Part shown: in pieces, positions 39,622 through 52,344 of the stretch
How positions within the stretch are numbered: position 1 is the stretch's first letter
Layout: each line of letters opens with the position of its first letter
From: Octopus vulgaris
Lineage: Eukaryota
Assembly: GCA_951406725.2 (NCBI GenBank)
Contig: OX597822.1
Span: forward strand, 51,708,001 to 51,772,000
Direction of reading: 5' to 3'
Length of the DNA: 64,000 nt
Translations under genes and position numbers: made by a program
The notes under the pieces: model-generated
Databases searched by the model: none
Told to the model about the DNA's origin: nothing
The model's input: only the letters and a program-made list of their open reading frames with translations

Positions 39622-40888
39622 CGAGGGACGTTCAATAAGTAATGCCCATGACCCACTTGCAGTTGTTTGATCTAGCTGAAATTTTGCATGTGCAGTTATG
39701 TATATCTCTATAGATTAAGTGGCAAATCACAGCTCTAAACTAATTGTGGTTTTTGATTTACAGGTGTTTGAACTGAGTCAAGTGTGAAATGGAGCCTGTT
39801 GAGTGTCGAGCAGTGATCCGGTTTTTGTATTTGAAAGGATGCACAGCACGGGAGACTTTTGATGAAATGAAAGTAACTTAAAGTGATGATGCCCCATATA
39901 TGACCTTGTAAAATGCTGGCATCGTGAATTCAAACATGGTCGGAACTCTGTGGAAACAGCTCCCAGATCTGGTCACCCCCTTCTGCCATTGATGAGGCAT
40001 CTGTCCGTCAAGTGGAGGCTGCCATTTTGGAAGATCGACGCATAACTATTCGCCAAATAGCCCATGAGGTCAAGATTAGTACCGGGTCTGTGGAAACTAT
40101 CATTCATGACCATTTGCATATGCAAAAGGTGTTTGCCAGATGGATACCCAGGTTGCTCACACCTTTCCAGAAGCAAGAACGCGTCGAGTGCTCGAGGATG
40201 AATTTGGAGATGTGCCAAGAGGATGAGTCAAACTTTTTCAAAAGACTGATTACACAGGATGAAACCTGGGTCCATCACTATGATCCAGAGACCAAAGCTC
40301 AGTCAATGCAGTGGAAGCACCGTGACTCACCTCCTCCAAAGAAGGCAAGGTCGTGCTCACAGTCTTCGGGGACCAGGACGGAGTAGTGATGACAGATTTC
40401 CTGGCAAAGGGTACCACAATTACAGGAGCCTATTATGCTTCACTTTTGACGAAATTAAAAGAAGCTATCAAAATCAAAAGGCGGGGCAAGATCAGCAAAG
40501 GAATCCTCCTGCAGGACAACGCTCCGGTCCACAACTCGCGTGTCGCCAGATCAGAAGCACAGGCGTACGGCTATGAACTCCTCCCCCCATCCCCCTACTC
40601 TCCTGACCTTGCACCCTCTGATTTTCACCTCTTCCCAGCCATGAAGTTGTTTTTGAAAGGAAAGCGTTTCCCAGATGATGCAGCCTTGATTTCTGAAGTC
40701 ACGGTCGTGGTTGGAGGACCAAGCTGGGGTCTTCTACAAAAACGGTCTCCAGAGCTGCATCAAACAATGGGAGAAATGCGTAACTCTGGGTGGTTCCTAT
40801 GTAGAAAAAGACTAATAACTGTGCCAAGTTTCGTTGCTCTACTGCTATGGGAAGTGGGTCAGGGACATTACTTATTGAATGCCCCTCG
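39622..40888 (+). mobile_element. Full-length mariner (DD34D-type) element, 1267 bp, TA target-site duplication
   Basis: TIRs cgagggacgttcaataagtaatgccc and gggacattacttattgaatgcccctcg, flanked by TA at 39620-39621 and 40889-40890. Confidence 0.95.
39789..40814 (+). pseudogene. Mariner transposase with a stop and frameshifts
   Basis: MEPVECRAVIRFLYLKG start; WIPRLL, ITQDETWVHHY, LLQDNAPVH and YSPDLAPSDFHLF split over ORFs 40012-40386 and 40353-40991. Confidence 0.92.
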
Positions 40889-41619
40889 TAAGTGGCCGGC
40901 ACCGAGCATAAACCTTTGTTATGCCAAGTTCATTGTGCAGAATATCCACGACTATCTCACGTGGGATATGCTAATAGCATTGGCTACTTGATTTATAATC
41001 AATTGCCTGTCATTCCTCACACTCTAGCAACACTCATTCATAGTCAGCCTATGAAGTTTTCAGCCCCCCCCCCCTCGTATGTATGTCATATCATAAACAG
41101 TTCTATTGAAAAAAAAAACAATACAACGGAATTCTATGGATTCAGTATCGTAACATCTTAACGCGATGGTAATAAATGGATGTCATTTCGAATTCTGCGT
41201 CTCAGAGTACTCATAGTTCACGTCCAAATCTTTTACCAAAGAAAAAAATTTTTTTTGAGGGGAAAATACTTGTTATAATTACTTTTTTTCCATTTTCGTT
41301 TGATGAATTCTAGATAAGTACAAACCGGTTGGAATGTAGAATAGTTAGACTTGATAATTTAAAATTAAATACTATTATTGTTTTTAATCATTTAATCTAT
41401 TTTCAAAAATAATGACATTTGTTTTATTGTTATGCATTTGAAAACATTTCTACAAGCACACTTAAAAACACACACGCCCATACACACATTATGCCTTTTT
41501 GATATATGTATATATTTGTTATACATACATACATGCATACATACATACATACATACATACATACATACATACATACATACATACATACGTATATACGTGT
41601 GCATATCTGTGTGGAACAA

Positions 41620-43620
41620 AATGTACGAAAACAGAAGACAGGGATGGATGAGAGAACAACAAGCAAGATATATTAGTTTGACGCTTCGGAAAAATGGAAG
41701 ACTCTTGACCATTTAGAGTCTATTCTCTTATACAAGAAAGGAATGAGGAAAGAAAATGGTGGAAACAGGTAAGAAAACGATGGAAAAACAAAAGAAAACA
41801 GAGAGAGGAAAAAAACATGTCTGGATTAACGCTTTCGCATGTTGAATTGACAGGATGGACGTAGCGGTGGAGAGACAACAGTAACCTGGCTAAAGTGTGT
41901 GAGCGCGAGCATATCTGTATATGTGAGGTATGTGCAAATAAATCTGTGTACAGGCGAGCACGTGCGTATGTATCTGTGGGCAACCATGTACGTGAGTATG
42001 AAGATTATGTGAGCGTGTGTGTGTGAGTTTGTACGTATGTGTACGTATGGGCACGTACAAATAAATAAATATGTGCGTGGTGTGTGGGACGATGCGTCTT
42101 TCAGTGCCCCGTGTATTTATATGCGCGTATGTTGACGTGAATATATATGTGACACTATGTGAGGCTGTGTAACGTATGTGTGTGAGGCTGTGTGTGTGTG
42201 TGTGCGTAGCAGCTAACGTGTACACTTTGATTGAGTACCGCGTGTTCGTACGTGTGAGTTCTTGCACGCTTGCGTGTGTGGCACAGTTGTGTGCGGATTA
42301 TGTATGTTTATGCGTGACCGAGCGTGGGTGATACTGTTATCAGTTGGTATGTGTATATGGGAGTGGTGGATAAAATATGCGTATATATGGAGTTGATATG
42401 TGTGTAATATTCTGTGTTTGTGCATATGTATATGTGTGTAAGGGCGCTTGAGAGCGTGTATGTGGGTGTCTGTGAAGCTATCTGACATCTGTGTGTGTTG
42501 TGGAGGAAATGTGTGGGTCGACTTGAATATAGGTTGACGGGATATAGGGTCTGGGTGGTGTTGAGTCCTGGAGTGTGTGTGTGTGTGTGTGTGCGCACAC
42601 TTGTGCATGTAAGTGTGTGTAGGTGTATATATATATCCTGTGGAGTGAAACTGGTGTGTGGTGTAGATATTGTGTTTAACAATGTAGAGAAAGTGTGTGG
42701 GTGAAGAAGAGGGCGAGCAGTGGAAGGTGTCAGGTGCGTGGTGTGTGTAAATGCGTGTATGAGTGGGTTTACACGATGGGAGACCATGCTTAACTCAGGA
42801 ATGAAGAAAGAAAATAAATACTTGCTCTCGACGGAGGCGAGAGTCCTGGGGATCTCTGTTCAAGGCAAATCAGAATACAAGGAGATGTTATAGCGAATGG
42901 TCGGTCGAGCGCAAGTGACATGAGACAGGAGTGTCATTGCGAGCATGATGTTCCGAACATGTTCTGCGAACCGGTCGGTTACGTGCCGGTCCGTTTGGCC
43001 GGTGGACAGGCAAAGATAGAGAGCAGGAGGTACAGTAGATTACACTGCTAGAGGTGCAGATGAATGAATTGGTGATGGATGTGGTGGGTGCCGGTGAGTA
43101 TAGTGGTGTTGGAGATGTAGACGAAGGTGCCGCAGCACGAACAAGAGCAAGGAAACGAACCAAGTTGCGTGCAAGTAGTTGGGAAATAGCTTCGGACCAG
43201 AAGGGTTCGGAGGTTTATGGACGGATTCGAAGAAGGAGAGGATTGAGTTGAGAAAGATGTGAGGGGGTAGTGTAGTGGGGTTGGAGTGAGCGGAAAACCA
43301 AAAGAATGGTGCGTTAGGGGGAGAGGGGAGGGTTTAAGGGTTGTAAGTGAGGGAGGCGGGACATTGGTGGGGCGAGTGCGGGGCGATAGAGCAGATGCAC
43401 AGTCAACAGATCGGGCAGCGTTGGGATGGTTCGCATAACGGTAGACGTATCCCTGTTGTGTGAAATGGCTAACCATGATTTGAGACTGTCTGGAAGTCAT
43501 AGTGGTTACCACAGAGCCAGCGGAGATGGAGGAACAGAGAAGAAATGATGGACGGTTTTAGTGTCGATGGGATGGGAGGAGGAGAAACTAAGATAGCCGT
43601 GTGAGTCTGTGAGACTATAG
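41620..43620 (-). mobile_element. Penelope-like retroelement, 5'-truncated and degraded
   Basis: ORFs 43048-43512 (MVSHFTQQGY, NLRTLLVRS) and 42888-43163 (FICTSSSVIYCTSCS; GIY-YIG remnant); TG-rich 3' region; terminal segment 41620-41760 resembles the reverse complement of 44520-44660. Confidence 0.8.
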
Positions 43621-43719
43621 TGGATGGAGGTGGAAATGGAAGAGAGGTGTATGTGTGTGTTTATGTATGTATAGAAATGAAACTAATGTTATTCTTTTCT
43701 GAAAAATACAAACACATAT

Positions 43720-43781
43720 AAAGGCGGTGCTCCAGCATGGCCGCAGTCAAATGACTGAAACAAGTAAAAGAGTAAAAGAGT
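43720..43781 (+). mobile_element. SINE 3' tail
   Basis: aaaggcggtgctccagcatggccgcagtcaaatgactgaaacaagtaaaagag. Confidence 0.8.
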
Positions 43782-44289
43782 ATATATACATACACCACAG
43801 ACACACAAATACTCACACACACGCACACACACACACAAATACTCTCTCTCACACACACAGACGTATATTTGAACATGTCTCTCTTTACGCTTTATCATTT
43901 TGATCAAGTTTGATTTCATATTTTCACACGATTTGCTTGCTGTGTATTTACATAATTGCCGGTAACATTAGACAATGAATGATGAAAGTGAACTAAGAAC
44001 TCAGTACAATGACACAATTTGTAGATAATTAAAAACTAATCAGCATAAAGAAAACAGCCCAAGCATAAAGTTTGTTGATATTATTATTTTATGAACTGTT
44101 CAGGTTTGTAGAATGTCGGAAACGTTAGCTCGTTGACTAAATGACTTGAAGTATTTCTTCTGATAATTTACGTTCGCAGTTCAAAATCTGCTGGTATCGA
44201 TTTTGTCTTTCTACATTCTCAGGTCGAGACAATAATGTATCAGTCACGCACTACAGCCAATGTAAACGCTTTATAACCCCAATTCTGCT

Positions 44290-44373
44290 CGTTTTTGCCG
44301 AACCGCTAAGTTACGGGGACGTAAACACACCAGCATCGGTTGTCAAGCGATGTTGGGGGGACAAACACACATA

Positions 44374-44459
<86 letters not shown>

Positions 44460-44665
44460 CATATATCAGTCGCCATGATAGATCGTTAGCCACTACACAC
44501 ATTTTTTCTCTCCTTGTTTTTCACCTTGTGTTTTCTGTGTCCCTTTCTGTAGAAGAGCGTGGGCTTGAAACGTAAAAGACTTTTCTATTCCTGAGCGTTA
44601 TACTAATACATCTGTTTGTTTTGTACAAACACCTGTCTTCGTCTTTTGTTTTTTTCGTAAACTCT

Positions 44666-44710
<45 letters not shown>

Positions 44711-44870
44711 TACGACGGGCGTCTTTCAGTTCCCGTCTACCAAATCCACTCACAAGGCTTTGGTCGGCCCGAGGCTATAGCAGAAGACACTTGCCCAAGG
44801 TGCCACGCAGTGAGACTGAACCAGGAACCATATGGTTCGTAAGCAAGCTACTTAACACACAGCCACTCCT
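44290..44870 (-). mobile_element. tRNA/CORE-type SINE with an HHR cassette inside its internal microsatellite
   Basis: 5' half at 44712-44870 and mid/3' part at 44290-44370 match 46553-46950; insert 44466-44669 lies between (TA)n runs. Confidence 0.85.
44539..44580 (+). ncRNA. Minimal type I hammerhead-like motif, A6U core variant, in a solo PLE-end cassette
   Basis: GUCC CUUU CUGUAGA A GAGC GUGG GCUU GAAAC GUA AAAG AC; palindromic ACGU stem III. Confidence 0.65.
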
Positions 44871-45394
44871 CGGAAATTTTTGCCTATTCTTGAAATTAGA
44901 AAACATTTGAAATATTGTTTGCTAGTTTATATCATACATAATTATTACGAGTAAATTTAAATTAATTAAAATATCAAATCTATGGAATTATATTTCTTTC
45001 GCAGAATGCTGAGTTGATGAAAAGAAAGATTAAATTAATTAAAAGTTACTAAGTGGACTGAATTAGTAAATTTAAATCTACACCAAATTTACTGAAACGA
45101 GCATTCGTTGTGTAGTTCGCTGTAGTAATCCACGGATTAATATTTCATTAGATGTTACCTAAATTGATTGAAATCAGGCTTGCATCAATAGAAAAATATT
45201 GAAGTTAATTGCGACCCGAACCAAATTAATTAAAACAGGCTAGACGTAGTTTTAGTCATACTTTATCACGCTCAGTGGTACAGATGAACAGGACGATGAT
45301 TAAAGAGAAGAAATGAGATTTCCAACAAATCACCTGCAAGAGATTAATACAAATATAGATAATTGAAATGAGTATAAGAAATGTTTATGTGTGT

Positions 45395-45600
<206 letters not shown>

Positions 45601-45601
45601 A

Positions 45602-46475
45602 CAGGGTGTTTCAAAAAAGTTGATATCATTTCGTAACCTTGTAACTTCGCCTGTTCTTGTTCAAATTACTTCAAATTTTAACAGAATGAGTAGAAACAGG
45701 TTACAATTGTATGTTCAATGTTTGATATGTTTATCTTTTCAGGTATAGAAATGGCATTCACTGGAAGAGAAAAGGCGTTTAGTGTGTTGAAATATATTGA
45801 ACACAGTCGAGCAAGACTGTGCAGTGTATATTTCTGAGAGAGTTCTCTAAAAAGTCACCAACGGCAATGCAGATTTGGACATGGCACAAACAATTGAAAC
45901 AGGAAGGCTGTCTGTGGGGGGCATAAGGATCTGGACGACTACTAAAATCGGAAGAGACGGTGGAGCAGGTTCGCCAAAAAATCTCGCGAAGCTCCAACCA
46001 GTTCATAAGAGGGACAAACCCAGATTCCTCCAACGAGAGTTTCGCGCGTCCTGAGGAAACGCTTGCTAATAAAACCCTACAAGCTGCAGCTTGTTCTGTC
46101 TATAACGGCAAATGATAAGCGAAAGCGCAGACATGGGACTATGTGAAGGGCCTGGTCTATGTCCTCTCCCACTTATTCCTGCAAACCTTAAGGAACACGA
46201 GCAGAGGATACTACCGCACTGGAGACTGCTACCCAAGACATGCTGCAGTGTGTTTGGAAGGAGCTGGACTACCGACTTGACGTGTGCTGTGTCTCGGTGG
46301 TGCGCATATTTAACATTTGTGAAATCATTCAGGGAAACCACATACCTTTGAATTTCTCATTCAAATTTGGAGGAATAGTTTTTATGTTACTCAACATTAA
46401 GCCTGGTTAGTTTCATTTTCTTTGACTATGTAGTTTTTGTGATATTTACATTTCAAATATCAAAATTTTTGAAGC

Positions 46476-46481
<6 letters not shown>
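45602..46481 (+). mobile_element. Internally deleted Tc1/mariner-superfamily element
   Basis: Ends cagggtgtttcaaaaaagttgatat and atatcaaaatttttgaagcaccct; remnants MAFTGREKAF, KKSPTAMQIWTWHK, KPYKLQLV, YVKGLVYV, DMLQCVWKELDYRLDVC. Confidence 0.8.
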
Positions 46482-46552
<71 letters not shown>

Positions 46553-46556
<4 letters not shown>

Positions 46557-46950
46557 CACAGGAGTGGCTGTGTGGTAGGTAGCTAGCTTACCAACCATAT
46601 GGTTCCGAGTTCAGTACTACTGCGGGGCACCTTGGGCAAGTGTCTTCTACTCTACCCTCGGGCCGACCAAAGCCTTATGAGTCGACTTGGTAGATGGAAA
46701 CTGAAAGAAGCCCCTCGTATGTGTGTATGTGTCTGCATGTTTTTGTGTCTGTGTTTGTCTTCTTATCATCGATTGACAACCGATGCTGCTGTCCTTACGT
46801 CCCCGTAACTTAGCGGTTCGGCAAAGAAGACCGATAGAATAAATACTTGGCTTACAAAGAATAAGATCTCGGGTCTGTTTGCTCGACTAAAGGTGGTGCT
46901 CCATAATGGCCGCAATCCAATGACTGAAACAAGTAACAGAATAAAAGAAT
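46553..46950 (+). mobile_element. Full-length tRNA-derived CORE-type SINE (~400 bp) with internal TG/TA tract
   Basis: tRNA-like head (ggagtggctgtgtggt...ggttccgagttcag), gcaccttgggcaagtgtctt core and A-rich repeat tail; several copies in the window. Confidence 0.85.
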
Positions 46951-46955
46951 ATATA

Positions 46956-47897
46956 CATGCTAAACGTTAGTAAACTATCTGGTTCGACTTTCAAGTAGCA
47001 ATTAGTATTCTCCATAAGTAAAACTAATTATTTTAAAAATTCTTCCAAACATATCGGATGACAAAACTGTATATAATCTAAAACTTGATTTATACAAAGA
47101 AAATTTCGAATTGGCCTGATTAGTAAGTTTTTCACACCTCATATATTTAATTTAGTTTGATTTAATAGTCAGTAGCTATACACAATATCGGAGGATCACA
47201 AACGGATAGTCCGTCTAAGGTTAGGGCTGAAAAATAAAAACACTTTGATCTAATTCGTACTCTCATTTCGAATGTAAAACTAAGTTTGGAATGAGGTTAA
47301 ACATATAGTAGATTTAATAACTAAATCAAGTTTCCAAATCTCACCACCCGTACGCGCACATTCTTTTCTCTCAAAAATTGCAGTAACATAGATTAGTTAA
47401 GCCTACATACACTTAGGTCGCTTCGGACTTCATCTGCAGACAGAGCTTGAATAAATTTGTATAAATGCTAACCAGTCAAAACGAGGTGGATGCAAACGCA
47501 CTAGATGGATTTCAAATGCAAGGGAAACATACGCTGGACAAATTTAAATCCAATATGCTGTGTTATTGACTGTAAAAATATGAAGATGCACTTGACTCCG
47601 TATTCCTTGTAATTGACGTGTATATATATATATATATAGATATATATCCGTTTGTGATCCTCCGATATTGTGTATAGCTACTGACTATTAAATCAAACGA
47701 AATTAAATATGAGGTGTGAAAAACTTACTAATCAGGCCAATTCGAAATTTTCTTTGTATAAATCAAGTTTTAGATTATATACAGTTTTGTCGTCCGATAT
47801 GTCTGGAAGAATTTTTAAAATAATTAGTTTTACTTATGGAGAATACTAATTGCTACTTGAAAGTCGAACCAGATAGTTTACTGACGTTTAGCATGTA
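46956..47897. repeat. ~250-bp near-perfect inverted repeat (46956-47208 and 47645-47897) with ~435-bp spacer
   Basis: Arms are reverse complements with only a few differences; abuts the 3' end of a PLE ORF. Confidence 0.92.
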
Positions 47898-47899
47898 AA

Positions 47900-48900
47900 C
47901 TCAGGAACCTCCAATTTACTAATTTATATGACTCTTCCATGGAAGTAGTTAAAACTTCTTCTGTGGAAGTGAAAACATCTCAGGGCTTGTTCTTGCCTAC
48001 TGTTCAGCAGCTGATGATTCGCCGTGAAAATATGGAATATTTCCTCTATGCATAAATTTCATCTATTTACTCCGAATACGTAATATTCAGAAACACTTAT
48101 TGTTTCCTATTCTATATTAAAGCTTCTTTCTTTAAATGACCAGATGAACACACTTAAGTTCGTGCTATTCATCTTCCCTTTATCCTTAACTGAAGTTAAA
48201 TGGTTTGCCAATTTCACCTTGAAGTTTGTCGGGCATTCACCAATATAGAAGTGCGAAATTCCTCCAGACGTAACCCTACACTTGTATACAAAATTTTTCT
48301 CATACACTCAGCATTTAAGGGACAAAATTTACTTTTTACACAACTACAAGGATTTTTATCTATACTAACCCTACCTGTGTAAGCAGAACTAAAATTAGAT
48401 AACTTCACCGTTTCCCTTTCCATAGATCTGCTTTTGTCTACATCTCAGCTATCGTCTCGAGTTTCAGTGTTATTACGTGTGACATTTAAAGTACCCTGTC
48501 CAACCGCTTTAGGAATTGTAACGGTTGCCTCCCTTGCACTATTTGCTTCTGTTTTGGCTATTGTTTCCTTGTTGTCTGTAAGCGTAGCATCCGAGATCCT
48601 TCCAGGTTGGCTATTTATCGGTCTGACTTTATGTGCGCGATTGTTATCAGTAAGTGTATTGCTATTGATACTATATCTGCCGCTGTCTTTTGCGTTTCGG
48701 AATTCAGATATTTTCGATATTCTCTTAGTGTTATGCGCCACCTTAATTTGTGCTAAGTTTACGCTAGTGGAAAAAGCTCAAATGATATTGCATCTATTGA
48801 AGATTTTATGATATTTATTCGATTTAGGAAAATGTTTATCTAAATTTAGTTACAAGCTATTTGTCTACAATCTTCTGCATTATACCAAAATGTAGCCCTC
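47900..48900 (-). mobile_element. Penelope-like element 3' fragment (GIY-YIG, Neptune-like), frameshifted
   Basis: KHFPKSNKYHKIFNR (about 48790-48840), CSCVKSKFCPLNAEC, and VYKCRV...FYIGECPTNFKVKLANHLTS...STNLSVFIWSFK. Confidence 0.8.
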
Positions 48901-49256
48901 GATTTATTTGTTCTTTTGCGGAATGTATCGATTATTATTAACAGTTGGTTTAACTTTGAGAGACTAGTTCGTTTTATCAAAGGGTTCATTCTCAATGTTA
49001 TAATTATCCATGTTTGCATTAGCAGTACCGAGTATTCCTAAATAATGAGGGGGGGGGGAGAACTGTTCGTATTTCTGATACCTAGTCTAGTATTACTTAG
49101 GTTATTATTTTTACTAGAGGCTGTAACTACATTTTCGTTATATTGTTTGTCATATATATATACATATATATATATATATACAGGCATCCTTGATGCCCCG
49201 GTATGGCCACAGCCTTAGATCTGAAAAACGTAACAGAATCAGAGAATGTATATATA

Positions 49257-49602
49257 TATCTGTCATATGTGACAATTATTCGGTAGCCATGATAAAGCTC
49301 CGAGTTTCGGATGGTAGGGTGGAAATCCACACACCCACCTCTTCAGTTATCCGGCCAACGGAAAAATGCTATGAAAATGAGCGTTAAACAAAGGGAAATT
49401 ACTGTGGGATTGACCGTTATTAAGACAAAAGAGTTATTAGAATGACCGCTAAGGGAGTAAAAATGTTCATAGCATTCGAGTAAGCGCGCATGTCCATACC
49501 AGAACATGCGCGCCCGCTCACACACGTACATGCGCCTATAAGTATACACTCGTCCACCCTCACTTGAAACACATACATTCTCACCCACACCATTCGCCAA
49601 TA

Positions 49603-49670
<68 letters not shown>

Positions 49671-49819
49671 CCTACACACACACGCGCGCACCCAAAAAGT
49701 TCATACGCACGTCTATATACGCACAGGGAAAATGCAGGGTAGAAGGTAGAATACTACCCTGACATCCGAAACTCGGAGTTTTATCATGGCTACCGAATAA
49801 TTGTCACATATTACAGATA
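49257..49819. mobile_element. Fold-back cassette with ~64-bp inverted ends that overlap outward-facing hammerhead motifs
   Basis: Arms 49257-49320 and 49756-49819; the right arm keeps GAAACUCGGAGUU UUAUC. Confidence 0.75.
49291..49351 (-). ncRNA. Type I hammerhead ribozyme with a U16.1-to-C mutation
   Basis: GAUAA CUGAAGA GG(long stem II)CC GAA ACUC G GAGC U UUAUC; the opposite arm shows the functional GAGUU state. Confidence 0.65.
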
Positions 49820-49954
49820 AATTCCTCTGTTTACATGACATCAAGTTCTCATTCATTCTTTTGTTGTCTTACAATTTCTATCTATCTATATACTTATATA
49901 TATATATATACACACGTTGAGAAATAGATATTCTTATTATTGTAAAATTTTGTA

Positions 49955-50024
<70 letters not shown>

Positions 50025-50758
50025 GGCTTCTGAAGTCTAACGTTTGTCATAATTACTAACCGACATTCATGTATTAAACTCTTTCTATTGATTTAACTTT
50101 CAGATATTCTTACGTCTTTATAGTAACGCACAAGTAATTCTATTATGCGTTTACGTAAACATTGTTCTTAAACAATCAAAATAGATTTTTCAGAACTTTT
50201 TCCAAACACAGTTGCACGTCAACATAAACTGCGATATGACCAGTAAGCTGAACTACTGGGGAGATGTATTACATACACACATATAAAAATGAGGTTTATG
50301 GCTTTGTGTAAAGATTAGATATATTCCATACAGACAAGACACAAAAGAATCGCATATTGTTGCTAAATACCATACAACGAAAAACTTTTATGCTCAGATT
50401 TTACGCAGACATCGTACAATATACTGTTATTCTTTCTCTATTTACTTATGCTTGTACACAGGTCATGAATTGTTCTGTACACACATAATATATTAACTTT
50501 TAAATGTATTAGTCTCACCAACAGAGATATGCTGCGAAATGTATAAATGTCTGCAAATTCGTAATAAAATAAATCGAAAACGTGTTGAAAACATTTTCCA
50601 CCATCGTTCTTATAAAAGCTGGCATCAGGTGAGTGTACGGGCGTGTGAGTGCTTGAGTGTGTGAGAGCGTGTGTGTGTGTGTGTGTGTGTATGTGTGTCT
50701 GTGTGTTTGTACGTGTGTGATTCATGTGTCTATCTATGTGTTCTTGTAAATATCTTTA

Positions 50759-50791
<33 letters not shown>

Positions 50792-50915
50792 GCACACACA
50801 TACATACACACGCACACACACATGCTATCTCTCACTTTCTCCCCATTCATCACCCTCTTGTACTATCTTATATCCCTCCCCAACACTACACAATCAATAA
50901 CACTATCAAAATGGT

Positions 50916-50964
<49 letters not shown>

Positions 50965-51081
50965 TATATATGTATGTATATATGCATATTTATATATATA
51001 TATATATATATCAATAATAATATGTATTTATTATATATATATATATATATATATAAGAAACAACCACTATTATTATTGATA

Positions 51082-51118
<37 letters not shown>

Positions 51119-52344
51119 GTATTATGTATGTAAACATTTACACACACAAGCTCGCAGTCATAAATACACCATACTTATTCTTATGACCTGTACATACTCG
51201 GGAAGTAATAATAAATGATATAACACATAACTGTTCCATAGCATAAAATGTGAGGAATTATAGAAACTCTAACGGAAATACTCCGTGTATCAACGATGCA
51301 TGCATACATGGACTTGCGTTTGCATACATGCGCATTTTTACTTATACAGACAGACAAACATACATATAGATATGTGTGTGTATATGTGTGTATCACTGTG
51401 TGTATGTGTGTATCTGTGCCTATATGTTTGTATGTGTTGTATGCGCGTGTGCGTGTTTATAAATCTCGATAATTATTGGTTATTAACAGAAGCTAGGGTG
51501 TTCAGGCAATGAATGGAATCAGTGAACACGTAATTTACAGGCATAATCTATAAATGGAATAATAAATATATACAAGAGTCTTGAATAATTCAAGGTGCTA
51601 TAGCACATATATCTTGTTATCTCAATTCCAAAACCTCAGACCTCTCTGTGCGCCCGCACATATTAATTTAGTCGAGAAAGTCTTGCTTCTGTGAGTTTGC
51701 ATGTTGGCGCAAAAGTCTTTCGTAATAAAATTCGACTTGTCGAAGCTAAGCGAATACATGTATATATATATATAAGAAATTTAAAACGAAAAGATGGAAT
51801 GACCAGGCTTTATTTCAAACCAATATGGCTGTTTAGACGCATTAGTATCAGCTAGTAATCGCTGAAAATTGCATTTACTATATTCTTTATTGCATTACTA
51901 TGATTCAGCAATAGCTATATAAATGCACATGTTCAGGTGAGTAGAGTTCAAATCACTGCTAGATCATCTTTAGTTTCTCTCTCCTTTGTACCTTCACCAT
52001 TATCCAAAAAAAGAGTGCTAAAAGTGGTGGGTTATGAAGCAAAGAGAACCTAAAGAAAATCTGGTAGAACTTTGGACCCTGGACAAATAAACACGTGCAT
52101 GTATGCCGCATTTGTTGGATCATATTAATGCAATAACGTGTATACTATAGTTAACATTCAGGAATCGCCAGCTGATATTTATGCACCGGGGAAAATTGAA
52201 GTGATTTGCAACAATGCCTGTTCATTTCATCCTCTCATATTAAAATTCTTTCGTAGACTACGGATACTGTTGTTTTTCCACATATATAACCAATAAAAGA
52301 AGTCCTACTGTATCTTAGAAACTGGTAAATGGGACACGAAGAGG

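Larger units (their letters stand above)
38909..41040 (-). mobile_element. Old mariner element split by a younger mariner
   Basis: TIR-like tacgagagttagctgaaaagttca at 38909; QPPFSPDVTPSDNYLF in ORF 39089-39292; the reading frame continues across the insertion (NELGITKVYAR..PL|ILAFD*KRT). Confidence 0.8.

Noticed and set aside
41700-41741. Hammerhead at the end of the 41.6-43.6 kb PLE
   Set aside because: Positionally homologous to 44539-44580, but GAAA and the core are destroyed; not listed as an RNA feature.
47410-47440. CAGAUGA...GAAG motif in the inverted-repeat spacer
   Set aside because: No convincing stems and core mismatches.
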